A stretch of DNA of 64,000 nucleotides, from positions 72,728,001 to 72,792,000 of the forward strand of contig NC_087437.1 of assembly GCF_036321535.1 (NCBI RefSeq). Direction: 5' to 3'. Numbering within the stretch: the first letter of the stretch is position 1; the number at the start of each line of letters is the position of its first letter. The stretch comes from Camelus dromedarius (lineage: Eukaryota). Made by a program: the position numbers and the translations under genes. The notes under the pieces are model-generated. The model was given only the letters and a program-made list of their open reading frames with translations, was not told the origin of the DNA and made no database searches. Positions 41,906 through 54,403 of the stretch are shown here, piece by piece.

Positions 41906-42454
41906 CTTGAGAAAGATGTCACACAGACAAGTGAAGGAAAAAACCAAGGGGAGTGAGAGCTGCAAGAACAGTTAGGGCAACTAAAAGAGAAAGAGGAGAA
42001 CTTGGAAATGCTGAGCACTAAACAAAATATTTTACATTTCACTTGTTTACATTTTATTTGACTATTTTGGAAAAAAAGGACCATAGCCTGGGTCAAAATT
42101 ATTTATTCTGATGTTGCAGCCACAGAGAACCAATGTTGTTTCTTACACATGTACACTTGCCTAGTCACTTAAATATATGCCTTCTTTTCTAGACTCTCTT
42201 GGGTACAGAGAGGCTTTTGTCCCTGTATCCTCCATAGCACAGAGCCTGGCACACACAGGAGGGTACACGTTTGCTATACCCATTCATATAAAAAATAATT
42301 CACATAAAATGAATAAGATAATTGTTGTATAGTCAGTCTCCCCAAATCATATTGTTGATCATCTCAACCCTAGGATATTTCAGACACAGGGCTAAGAGTT
42401 CTTTTAAAGAGATAAATGACCACAGTAACACAGGACATATGGTTTATCTTAAAA

Positions 42455-43120
42455 TCAGTATTGTGCATGCAGATGTTTACAGCAGCTTTATTCATAAATG
42501 CCAAACCTGGAAGCAACCAAGATATCCTTTTGTAGGTAAATGGATAAATAAACTAGTACATCCAGACTATGGAATGTTATTCAGCACTAAAAAGAAATGA
42601 GCTATAAAGCCATGAAAAGACAGGGAAGAACCTTAAATGTATATTATTAAGTGAAAGAAGTCAATCTGAAAAGGCTAAATATTTTATGACTCCAATTATA
42701 TGACATTCTGGAAAAGAAAAAACTACGGAGACAGTAAAAAGATTAGTGGTTGCCCATAGTTTGAAGTGAGGGGTGGGAAGGGAGAGATGGACGAGCAGAC
42801 AGAGCACAGAGGATTCTTAGGGCAATGGAAATACTCTGTATGATACTATAATGATGGATACACCACATTATACATTTGTCCAAATCCGTAGACGGTACAA
42901 CACCAAGAGTGAACTCTACATAAACTATGGACTTTAGGTGATAGTGATGTGCCAGTGTAGGTTCATTAATTGTAACAAATGTACCACTCTGGTGGGGGAT
43001 GTTGATAATGGGGAGGCTATGCATGTGTGGGCACAGGGGGTATATGGGAAATCTCTGTACCTTCCTTTCAATTTTGCTGTGAACCTAAAACTGTTTAAAA
43101 AATTTAAGTTAAAAAAAAAT
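42455..43120 (+). mobile_element. L1MB/L1MC-type LINE-1 3' region
   Basis: cagcagctttattcataa...ggaagcaaccaagatatcc...aaatgtaccactctggtgggggatgttgataatgggg...gaacctaaaactg plus A tail. Confidence 0.85.
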
Positions 43121-46100
43121 CAGTACTGCCAGCCTCATTACAAAAAGCATCCGTCAAGGAGAGGGACAGCCTTAGTAACATTGACTCCATAGAGGCTTAA
43201 CAACTAGGCTGCACTCTGCAGGGTTATCTTGGGCCAATTTTTAGACAGGTGTTTTCTTCTGAGAAAGACATGGACAAGGCAATTTATTTCTCATACTTCC
43301 ATGAGCTGTTGGGGGACGTACAAAAGGATAAGTTCTGTTCTCTTCAACCAGCAAGGATTAAGGGGAAAAAACTTCAATTTCTGTGCAGCAATTTGCATTT
43401 CCCTTTATTGAGACTATCTGACCTCATGGATGGAAAGGGGACAAATTTCATCAGCTCAACTGAGAAAGCCTAAGACAACATGCAGGTCATTCAACAGCAC
43501 AGGACACGTTTATGTTCTGTAGTGTCGTCTGTGACATTTCATATATACATATATGGCTTATGACTCCAATTAATTTAGAAATAAATAATTAGAGTTTCAC
43601 TAAGTCTCAGGTCTTAAAAAACAATTAAAAAAACAAAACACTCACTGATACGCTAACCCCCATCTGTCCCTTGGTTCTTTCTATGACACCCCCATTATTC
43701 ATCTAGCTTGTGCCTGAATGTTGTTAGTTACAAGAAACTCACTGTGCCTGTTCCTCCATTGTATGGACAGCATTGTTAGAATACTGATACTCACGCGGAA
43801 TCAAAAATCTGTCTTCCAACAGCTTCCACTCACTGGCCTAAGTATGATGTTGAGGCCATAGGAAGCCAATCCAGATGAACTGCTTGGAAATAACTTGGTT
43901 AGAAATAAATATTTCAGTACATGTTTTTTCATATATGTGTTATTGGGGCATATCTGGGGCAAGTTTTCAAATATTTATCCATCTTTAAATATTTCTGTTC
44001 ATGTTTTGAGAATTTTTCAGGGTGTTTTCTATTTATTTGATAATATTTCCAGTTAAATCTCTGCCAATTATACTCAATCTGCTTATTTGGCAATGCTTCC
44101 ATAAATGTCTTAATTTTTTTCCCAAATGGTCTGAATTTTCTGAAAACAGTTGATAGAAAGTACATGTCTACATTTCTTCATAACTTCATACCTTTTAAGC
44201 ACCTGAAGTCACTTAAAAAACTATACCTTCTATACTTTAAAAGCTACTTTGGTTATTTTGTTAAAAAACTTAATTTTTATCTATGGACACCTACTTACCT
44301 ATTTGTTCTCTACAGCTACACTTTTGCTACTGTTGATTTTAATATTTCCTTGACATGTAAACCACTTTTACTCAGCAAAACTTTCGCTGCTCTATGATGT
44401 TACGTTGCCACTATCTGATGCTTTTTGGGGAGTCAGAGTTGCACCTGCAGCGAAAACTAAATGGGACTGCCACAGGAACTTAGGGAGAAGTCTAGGCTTG
44501 TCAATACCATGGCCGTGAACAAAGGAAATGCCATCTGGCTCGCACCTCCCGTGCAAAGCAAGAGCTGGAAGTCGCTGAAGATACACTGTGTGATGCATTC
44601 ATTACCTGTAGCACAAGACATCATAGTTACTTTCTCCAGCCCATCCAGATAACAAGAGGGGTAATGCTTCCTTCCATTGCTCCAACTTCTGACCTTCTTC
44701 AAAAGACAGGCACACATTTCTGATCTCATATGTGAGCGCTGATACTGAATCACTTGGCCATTAATGGTCTAAAGATAATTAGTTTTGCCTACCTTCTCTA
44801 CTCAGCCAATACTCTATTTTATCAACTGACGATTACTTTTTGATGTGACCAACTTTGGTAAAAACCATAGCCATAAAGAAAAACAAAACTTCATTCAAGG
44901 GAAAAGGAATCTAAATAGCGGATTTAGTTTTCAGTGCTGGGTAATATCTTTCAGCAAAATCTGAATTGCCTTTTAGAATACTCACTTTAGAGGCAAAGGC
45001 AAAAACAGGAAAAGGAAGGAAAAAAGCAAAAAAGAACAGTCATACAACAAATAAATAAATAAGCAAAACGTAAAGCATGCAGCAAAACAAAATTCTCCAT
45101 ACAGTCGTAAAACTTCTCCCAGACTGCCTTCAGTGCACCAGTTTGCCACTAAATGAAGAGCCAGTGTCCCAGACCATCAATTTTCAACTCATCTTCTCAA
45201 GTACTTTTTCAGGCTAAGCAAATTATTACTCCTTATAAAACATCTAATCTCTCTCTAGTCAGTAGACTATCTGGTCCCTTTAACAGTTAGCTGCCCTCCT
45301 CTGAAATCCTCTGGCTTTCTGTATCTCTTCTGAAAGAATGCCCTAGAATAAAACGCAAATACTGGGTTTTGACTCCCTAGAAAGAATACAAATCTTTGCC
45401 TAAAAGGAAAAGATTAGAAGTACCTGAAATCCTGGTTGAAGTATCTCTTAAAACCAAGCTCAGCCCCGAATGCCCTCAACCCCATACCCAGTCCTGTCCC
45501 CATTCCACACACAAGCTGCTGGTAGGTAACAGTTATCAAGAGAGACCAACTTCCTCAGTATCTTCTCGGAGCACGACCACAAGGTCAGGGCTCAACAGCA
45601 GTGCTAATGATATCATATTGTTGCAGGTGGGATTCAGAACACAATACTCTATGAGCTCATTCAGTCATGTTAGCAGAATGGAGACTTTAAGCAGAATTGA
45701 CTTTCAGTTGCTGTTTTCTAAGACCCAAGACCCTTTTTCTTAGCTTTATGATTGCGTACAGTGTAAGTAATGATGCTGAAAAAGCAAAAACACTGTGTGA
45801 CTCAAGTAACTTTCTGGTAGACACAAAAATGATGTCTCAACAAAAAGTGAAGGTACCCACAACTCTGAGTAATTCTGTAATTCTACCAGTAGCTCTTTGT
45901 GACCTAATAAACCACAAGACTAAGTTTGTGTTGCTAGAATTTCAGCATGGAATTACCTCTTTAAAACACGTATTATTTCAGGATATTTTAATACACAATT
46001 TTAAAAAATCTTAGAAAGAGGAAATTTTTAGTTTTATTTCTTTCTACTTATCTTCAAAAAGTTCGCATTAAGAATGTGCTGTCCTAACACACATTTGAAA

Positions 46101-47079
46101 CATTAGCTTCTTACTATCCACTTCCCTGATGTTTGTCACATTAATTCCCATCATAAAAATGGGTACAAGCTTATCTTAGGGCAGCATGAATGTTTTTTAG
46201 GTAAATGGTGGCACAGAAGAGAAATGCTTGTTTTTCTTCTTTCTCCCTTTTATTTAAACTAGACCTTTTACAGGCATCTTCCACTTTGGCTTCAATTTTT
46301 GGACATTCAGAGAATCTGACGGCATGTTTCAAGTAATACTATTAGTAATTTCTGACCACGGTGATTGATTATCTATGACTGCTAGCAGCACTGGGTCACG
46401 CGTGTGAAGAACTATGCAAAATGATATGGCTGGAAATTAATACTACATTGTAAGTCAATTATACTTCAATAAAAAATAAATAAACTGGGGGAAAGAAAGA
46501 AAATGACCACATGTAGATACCTGCCAGGAAAGACCACTCTGCAGTAATGCTGTCCTCTTAACAAGGCACATTCACTGGGGTCATTCTCATTTTCTATTTT
46601 TGGAAAACATTTAAAGAAAAAGTTAAGTGGGTAAGCTGATAAATATAAGTTAAGATTTTGCTGGCCACTGTGCTTAATTAGTCTCTAGATCTAAACTTCT
46701 AACGTTTGGTAAATCTAATTGAAGTGGTCCCTTTCTAGGTAATTTCCTGTATTCACTGCTGCACTGCTGCTCTCACCACCATGAAATCTGACAGGTGGGT
46801 CTGGGGAGCGATCATTTAGAGGGACACATATTTACTTTTAATTTCTGGAGGGGTTGAAGAGGCGGGAGCAGATAATGGAGAGAGAAAACCACGATGATAG
46901 GAAAACATATAGAATGTATTTACTTATTAAAGATGGCTCAAAAATAGGAAAAAAAAGGTCAAGCTATCAAGAGTTCACCACAGGGATACTATTATAAAAT
47001 GTTCAAAATCATTTGGGAAGAGGGTAGAGTAGTCGGATGCTTTCAAAATAACAACTTTCCAAAGTGCAGAGTGCCTAAG

Positions 47080-47410
47080 AACCCGGAAGTCCCTCTGAGA
47101 TCACTACCCTGGGAACGGAACGGCTGCGCGCTGTGCTCCCCTAACGTCAACTTTATTCCTCCCGTCATCATTTTATAATAGTTGCTGGGCTGCTGACTTT
47201 CGTCTGCATCCTGTTATTCAAAAGTAGCAGGTCCATTCGGTCGGTTTACTGCCATTTGTGAGTAACCCCTCAAGGCCTCCGCCGCCGGCACGCGGGCGGC
47301 TCTCAGGCCCCTCGCGGGAGCAGCGCGCGCCCGGAGCGCTCGCAGTGCCGCAGGCGGTGTGACGCCCAACGGCGCCACACACTCGAGTGCCTTGCCTAAA
47401 ACGGTCACAC
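47080..47410. promoter_or_regulatory. Small intronic CpG-dense element (enhancer or internal promoter candidate)
   Basis: Very GC/CpG-rich core at about 47275-47385 in an AT-rich intron; ETS site CCGGAAGT at 47083-47090. Confidence 0.55.
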
Positions 47411-49680
47411 GAGATTGTGTAAAAAGTGAGATATTCCATCTTCTCACATTGAATAAAGTGAAATACTAACCCTTCTAACATTAAATAATAATGGCAGCAA
47501 AAAAAAATTATTCTTTATTTTTACATAATTCCCTCCTTAAATTTACGTCATTTCATGCGACAAGAAGCAATATATATAATTCTCATGGTCGCTTGAGTGT
47601 TTTTCCCCAGGAACTCCTTTCCTTCTCTGAGAGGATATACCCAGTAATACCATTATTTCACCCATTATGATGTCAGAATTACAACACACCGTATTCTATT
47701 CACCACAAAATACAGCATCTATCTTTTTTTTCTTCTCCCCGACTCCCCAGATTTCCTAGCTATAATATCTGGTTACATGTGGGTCTCTCACACTCTTTAT
47801 TTATGAAACACTAACCCGAAGCTGAGTCGACTTCGCTGATACTACTTTCCCTCTGTCTCTGTTACTCCTTTTTTTGGGGGGTGGGGGACAAATCATTCAA
47901 ACTTTTGTAAAGGAATTCTATATACAGGATGGTAATTTTCTACCACCATGTTTTAAAATCCATCATCCCCTTGCATTTAAGAAACCATCCCTCCCTTTAG
48001 CAGATTAGCAAACCAGGACCGAGAGAGTTCTGTGATTGCTTCAGTTAGCACAATCAGTTGTCAGGAGGAGCCCAAAGGGCATGAGTGCTCCTGCCCCAGC
48101 CTGTGGCTTCACTACAATGCAGGGAAGTTCGTTCGATGGCCACTATCCAACTAGACATTGTCACTTGAGAGAGAGAGACATGTGCTCAATGACCACTTAT
48201 TGAATACTGGACATTTCTTGTGTTGAAATCATAATGGCTCGCTCTCAGCCAAGTGAAATAAATCAAAGAAGAAAAATCAAAATTGAAAATATGTCCATTT
48301 TACTACACCCTGAGGTATTTATTCAGCCAGCACTTACTGAGTGCCTACTATATGCCAAGATCTCTGCTGAGTGCAGAAAACAAAAGATAATTAATTAGAT
48401 ATCCTCCTTGGCATTGAGGAATGCACTGATTAATTATTGAAAAAAAATTGTAGACTGCAATGCGATCTGTGATATAATAGGAAAACGCATCAAATGCCAT
48501 GGAAACACGGAAGAACAACAACGCCCAAAAGGGAGACGTTTTCACGAGTTTCCTACTTGAGTTTGAGCCTGAAGGATGCAGAGAATTTCTCCAGGCTAAA
48601 ATGGGAGGGGATGGGAGATGAGAAGATATTTTTCCCAGTGCTCAGTGAGAAGAGGCTGAGTGGATAAACACAAGAAAGGATGAGCTGACTCTTGACAGCG
48701 GTGCGCTGGTCAACCAGCTCTCCGGAGGAGAACAAAACCCCTGACAGGTAGCAAATGTCGACTTATGTGGAGTGAATACTGCCTGCACGACCAGCTTCCA
48801 GCTACCGACATGACATCACCGATCCCTGGGTCAGGAGGAGGCGGGCACATTCGGTGCTTGCCAGCCAGTCTGAGCCAACTTCAGCTCGCCATTAATGGTA
48901 GGGTACTCTACAAGAATGTGTGGAATGAATGAGCATATAAATAAAAGAATGAACAAAGGGTGTGATCCCAGGGCTAGAACCAATAATGTCAAAGGCACGG
49001 AAGTCTGAGAATTCATTGCCCTCTAAATGAATAAGAAGCTCTGTGAGGTGTATCAGGAGGAGAGAATGACTAGTGAGCTGGGCCTGTCCTAGAATGCCAG
49101 GCTCTGGGGTCTGACTTTAAAGGTAGCTGGGCACCATCGCAAGCTTTGGAAGAGGAAGAATACTCTCACTAGCTCTGTATTTCTGATGCACCTTTGGCCA
49201 TCATCACACATGACCACCTTTGCTTTCCTCAAAGTATGAACACAAATATGAATGTTTAAATCCTTACAAAAATTTTAATATGCAAAGCAGCTAAAGCCTT
49301 CTTTTCAACCAAACATAAGAGCAAGACAGCCTTCAAATTCTTCCTGTATCACTGGAAATGACTTCTTTACTGAATCAAAAGCAGTCCAAAAGAAGATTGG
49401 AGTCAACCAACAGAGGTAAATCGATTTTGCAGCACAGTATGCAAGTGAAGTCAAATGTAGAGAAACAGAGCAGAGGAGAAAATGGATTAGTCACATGGGA
49501 TACAGAGAAAAAACTACTTTCAAAGGCCACCATGACAGTCAACCTTCTTCTATATCGTAGACTCTTTATGCTCTGAAATTTGGGCTTGTACATATGCATT
49601 GTCCCAAATTGATGGCTTTACTTTTTGAAACCAGTAGGTGCTTTTCCAAACCAGAAACCTTTCCCAGGAGTACATCTTAC

Positions 49681-49888
49681 CTAGAGATATTGTCAGGTGA
49701 GCAGGCAGAGATGCTGGTCTCCATGCTGTCAGAGCTGTCTAGGCTCAGCGTGTCGAAGGCCTGGTCCTTGTAGCTGTGATCTGGGTAGTGGAAACTGTTC
49801 AAGTAGACATTTGATTCGGATGCTGTGCGGTTGTAAAATTCAGAAGACTTCTGCCTTTGTCCCTCACTCATCTGTTGGTGATTATATC
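49681..49888 (-). CDS. PHLDB2: PHLDB2 internal exon (208 nt)
   Basis: ctttccttag|GA...AG|GTAAG; YNHQQMSEGQRQKSSEFYNRTASESNVYLNSFHYPDHSYKDQAFDTLSLDSSDSMETSISACSPDNIS. Confidence 0.96.
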
Positions 49889-51483
49889 CTAAGGAAAGAG
49901 CCATAAATATGTTACTATGCCTCATTTTTCAGTCTTAGATCTTCTAAGACATAAACCAGCAACCCAAAACATCTGCCTATGAAACTGGGCCTTGGTCTAA
50001 TTTGTTTTGAAGCCAAAAAGATCAAAGAGACAGCATCACGCTCAGTGCAAGCAAGCGTTTCCCAGAACCGGCCTTGTGAATGATGGTCTTTGTCAGCGGG
50101 TCACTTGACACTGCTGTGTCATTTCCACTTCTCAGTACAACCAAGGATAATATATCAGCACACACACACACCCAGAACACGATTAAAGGCCCCGAATCCT
50201 CTAGAAATAGCTGAGTTTAAGTGAATCAAGATGACTCCTCATGACAAGCAACACCAGGGTCTTAGGGCAGTCATTTCTTCAGTGGTGTTCCAACTTAAGA
50301 GCTACTCAATCTGGTCACAAAACAGAAGCTGGACCATCTAGGTATAGGATTTGAGAAACCTGCATGTCACTCCTATCATCACGAACACTTGTAGTCTGGT
50401 TAAGATGCAAACTGCACATTTTTCTCATTCTCCCCCCCCCCCCAATTTGCCTTGTCTGCCAATTACCTTATGTAAGACATGCAGAGTCCATAACCCTTCC
50501 AATGGCTGTGGTCCTCCTAATTACCACATATATGGCTTTCTTTTTTTTCCACCTTAACCGTCAGCCTTTGGCTAGTTGGTGGTATCAACCATATGAAAAT
50601 GTAGGGATCACATTAATAGAAGCAAAAGTACCATAAGTAAGAGGGGTTTCCCTTACCCTGTACCTGGTCAGCTGGCATGTCGGTCATTTGTGTTATTGCT
50701 ATGGCTTGCTCTCTGGTAGCTGATTTTGGGCATCACACATTGAATTATTCTTCCTTTTGATTCTCTATTTACCATGTACTCAGGAATTAGGGATCATACT
50801 GATAAATAAATCCCTTGATTCATTAAAAAGATGTTTTCTTTAGCCGGTACCATAGTTTGCAATCAAATCAAATCTGATCAAATTTCCTACTAGACTTATT
50901 ATTAAGAGTTTACAATTGGACCATCTGAATTTTCCGTTTTCTTGTGCTCAATCTACCTCTCAATGAGGCTTTTAATTAGTAATGAAATGGTCAAAAAGAA
51001 GGCCAAAGGGCAAAAGAAGACAAGTGATTCCAAACAACTTCCTCAGCTGTTGACTAATATTTCCATTTAAAAACAGAAGCCAAATCCATGATGCTTTAAC
51101 AAAGCACTATAAACCAAAACTAAAACTGTAAGATGATTTTAGTTCCATGAGGAATTTGCATGCCGTTCGTATTTTGGAGTAGTTTTAGATTATCTACGTG
51201 AAAATGTTAGTACACATTAAGGCAATTCTGGGAAAATAAGTTTCTTTAAATATAAAATGTAATTATAAATGATAAACAAACACCCATACGCAAAAACTAC
51301 ATATCACTCTGCTCAGGAAACATGCAAAATGTGAAAGCACACCATGAGACTTCAGAGAGCATGTCATTAATTGCAATGATTAATGCATAAAGCATCACAC
51401 GAAGCCAGTGCATTCATAAGCGTGGAGCATGTGCCTTTTATCCCCTTAAGAATGGCAAAATAATTCAATATTCAAATATTTAC

Positions 51484-51519
51484 CTTTGATACTTGAACTT
51501 TTGGAATTACTAACTGCTC
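51484..51519 (-). CDS. PHLDB2: Putative PHLDB2 36-nt small exon
   Basis: aaag|GAGCAGTTAGTAATTCCAAAAGTTCAAGTATCAAAG|GTAAAT; phase 1-1; adds GAVSNSKSSSIK. Confidence 0.45.
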
Positions 51520-53353
51520 CTTTTAAATTGTTTCCAATTATTCATCATGGAAAAAGGGGGGACAAGAAAAACACACCAGAAATTATTTGAAAAGGTCATA
51601 CACATATCTTTCCTTATGTTTTCCAAAAAGGCTTGTTGGCAAAGAAAACCTCACACTGGCACTAATGACATGAGAGACATGTCCTGGTTTTAGTATGAAA
51701 AACAAATCCCTAAAGGACAGCCCTATAATTAAAAACATGCAAGAATTATCTCCTGTGCGATGACATGTGCCAAACCTCCCTTCCCTTCAGTTTTTCACAA
51801 TGAGGAAAAGTCAGTTCCTACAACGCAACGAACACTTTCGGGAAAAGCAGAAAAGAGAGTGAATATATTTCTTCTTAAAACAACTGTATGCCCTGCTCCT
51901 CATATCTTCTAGGAATTTTTTTTTTCCCAAAAGTATCACAAAATAAGAAAATGAACTTACCACCTTCATGAGAAGTAGACAGTAAACTAAAATGGTGCCA
52001 ATGTTTTGGATGCAGGCACAAGGGACAGCCGTGTTACAATGTGTACCGTGCTAAGGACTGTGACCCTAAATCCCCTAGGTCACCTCCTCTGTGTTTCGCT
52101 GTATTTCGCTGCTCTCAGTCCGAGGGAACCTTCCATCATTCCGGTGGTAGGATGAACACCTTGCGTTTTCATGGCAGCCTGAATGGGAAGTGCTGCTGCT
52201 AACAAGCAGCTTTCCCAAAGCAGGACTTTTGCTTCCTGTGGACCCAAGTGTGTTGAACGTCCATCTTATGAGCTGCTCCCTTCCCCCCACCGGCAACACT
52301 CAACTGATCACGATGAACTCAGCTGTCACCTGGCTGAGCCTCCTCCCTCCTGAACAACCCCCCCAAAAAACCAAGTTACTCCTGCAATTACAAACGAGGG
52401 CATGGACCTCCTCCTTGGGACCCCAGAATTGCACCAGTGTGACTCATAAGAGCTGGCTTTAGGATCCAGGCTCTGTCCCGGCCCTTTAAAGAGACAGATA
52501 TTTTCAACAGAAAAACCCTGCAGGAGATCAGGATTCTGGGGGAGGGTTCCCAGGTAGGGGCCCAGGAAGAGCTGCTGGTGCAGTAAGGTAGCATCAGTAC
52601 CATTGTGAGCTGATTAAGCCTCCACTCAAGATAAGTTATCAGGGAGGGGGACATGTGTATCCTGTTCACCCCCATTTGCTTGGTATTCAGATGTCACAAA
52701 ATAAAGACTCACTGAATGTATTCACTTGTTCATCTGTAAATTCTAACCATGTTAGTGGCTAAATAAGGACGTGGAATGCATCTACTGTTTGGGGTGGGGC
52801 AAAGCAAGGGGGTTGGAAAAAAACCTGAGACTTTCCCAAATCCTTGAGACTGCTTGGTTTTTGTTTTTGTTTCAAAATTATGTAGCAAGAATAACATTCA
52901 GCAGTGGGACAGCAACTAAAAAGGAAAAAAGGCCTTGTAAATGCTCTAAATCCTTCCTATCCAGGCAGAAATGTCTGTCTGAATGCGGTATTTTATAGGC
53001 TTTATAAAGTGAGACCTGATAATACCCGAGGCTGGTCGCTAAGCACAGCACAAACATGGAACCCAAGCCAATTCAACTCTCTTCACTGCCCTGGAAGAGC
53101 CAACAGATTGGCTGTGCAAAGCCCATTTATCATTATTTTTCAAAATGCTCATCTTTATGAATTCTAGCTAATTGGATCTGAAAAGTCCTTTGTGAGTTAA
53201 CCATTGTGGGATACATAATCTCGCCAGTATTTTCCAAATGTGTGTTATAGACCTTCAAATGGTTATCTGGGCCTTAATACAGAAAATTAGATGACCAAAT
53301 TATAATCTGGTTTGAGAGGATAAAATTAATGGGTATTTCCGACCATTTCTCAC

Positions 53354-53374
53354 CTGCTGAGAAACTCATTCTTC
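53354..53374 (-). CDS. PHLDB2: Putative PHLDB2 21-nt microexon
   Basis: tag|GAAGAATGAGTTTCTCAGCAG|GTGAGA; phase 1-1; adds GRMSFSA; long pyrimidine-rich AG-free zone upstream. Confidence 0.5.
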
Positions 53375-54388
53375 CTACCCACAGTCCACAGCCGGAAGAC
53401 GAAGGCGCAGGACAAGTCAGGAATGAGGAGGATGACAGTGAAAGGGAAAAAGATACAAGATCAAAAAGGATGGCAAAGGGACAGGAAAACAGACACTTCA
53501 GCATGCAGTCGTTGACGGGGTTAGTCACAATACCAGCTTGATGAGGTAAGATGTTCACAGTTTTAGATTAAATCTGAGTTTATAGAGAAGAACTCAAGAA
53601 GTTAAAAAAACAAAAGTAAGCTTATGAAACATGCACACAGTCAAAAATGAGAAAACCTTTCGCACACATGGGTCAACTAGAAAACAGGGAGACTAAAGAC
53701 AAGATTCTATCTATGAAACAGTTCTTTTTGCTGAGAGGACATTAACAGATAGTTTTTAAGAGCTAAGGTTTGCAACATGCCATTCAATTATTTGAAGCAC
53801 AACCCATCAAACTTTACAAGTCAGTCCTGTAACATCCTCCGTCTCTATCACCCGGCCACATAAGAAGCGTCTTATTTATTCCAGCCAGACATCTAGACTG
53901 CTCTTCACTCTCTGCTGAATCTTTCCTATAAAACTGGCTTAAATGGAATGAACAAGTTGGAGCCTCCAAAATCCTTCCATCCTCCCATGTAGCCTCCTTA
54001 TTTACACCTGGCCTTTATAAAGGAGAAACATCCTGTTTGACACTTAGCCGACATACATCACAAGGCCCGCTCTTTCTTCATCTAGATCCTGAGTCTTACA
54101 AAACAATGCTTCTGAAGCACTCGTGTTTCCTGCATGGTCTGACCTTGCAACAAAAAAACAAAACAAAGAGGGTCGTGCAGCTGCCCATGAATGCACGGCA
54201 GCTGCACCCAGCATTGTGTTTCTAGCAAATGTGCAACAATTTTCCTCTATTGTGTAAAAGGAATAATCATTAGACTGAAAAATACACCATTGTACAGTTT
54301 TAAATCTGATCACTTCTTAAAGGTGACTTGACAATGACCTTTCACTATTTGCTGGAAACAAAAACACCACACAGGGAGGTTGTCATAC

Positions 54389-54403
54389 CTTTCTTGGACT
54401 TTC
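54389..54403 (-). CDS. PHLDB2: Putative PHLDB2 15-nt microexon
   Basis: ctttgtccttttgtcttctgttcaatgcag|GAAAGTCCAAGAAAG|GTATGA; phase 1-1; adds GKSKK. Confidence 0.55.

Noticed and set aside
42322..43192. Cluster of 84-93 aa ORFs
   Set aside because: Derived from the L1 3' region.
44290..44753. ORFs and donor-like sites at about 44299 and 44625
   Set aside because: Phases do not fit the phase-2 intron, or there are in-frame stops.
51961..52299. Strong donor GTG|GTAAGT with a 26-nt unit and an upstream 74-aa ORF
   Set aside because: Not frame-compatible with the phase-1 intron; no coherent exon model could be built, though a non-coding or poison exon is not excluded.
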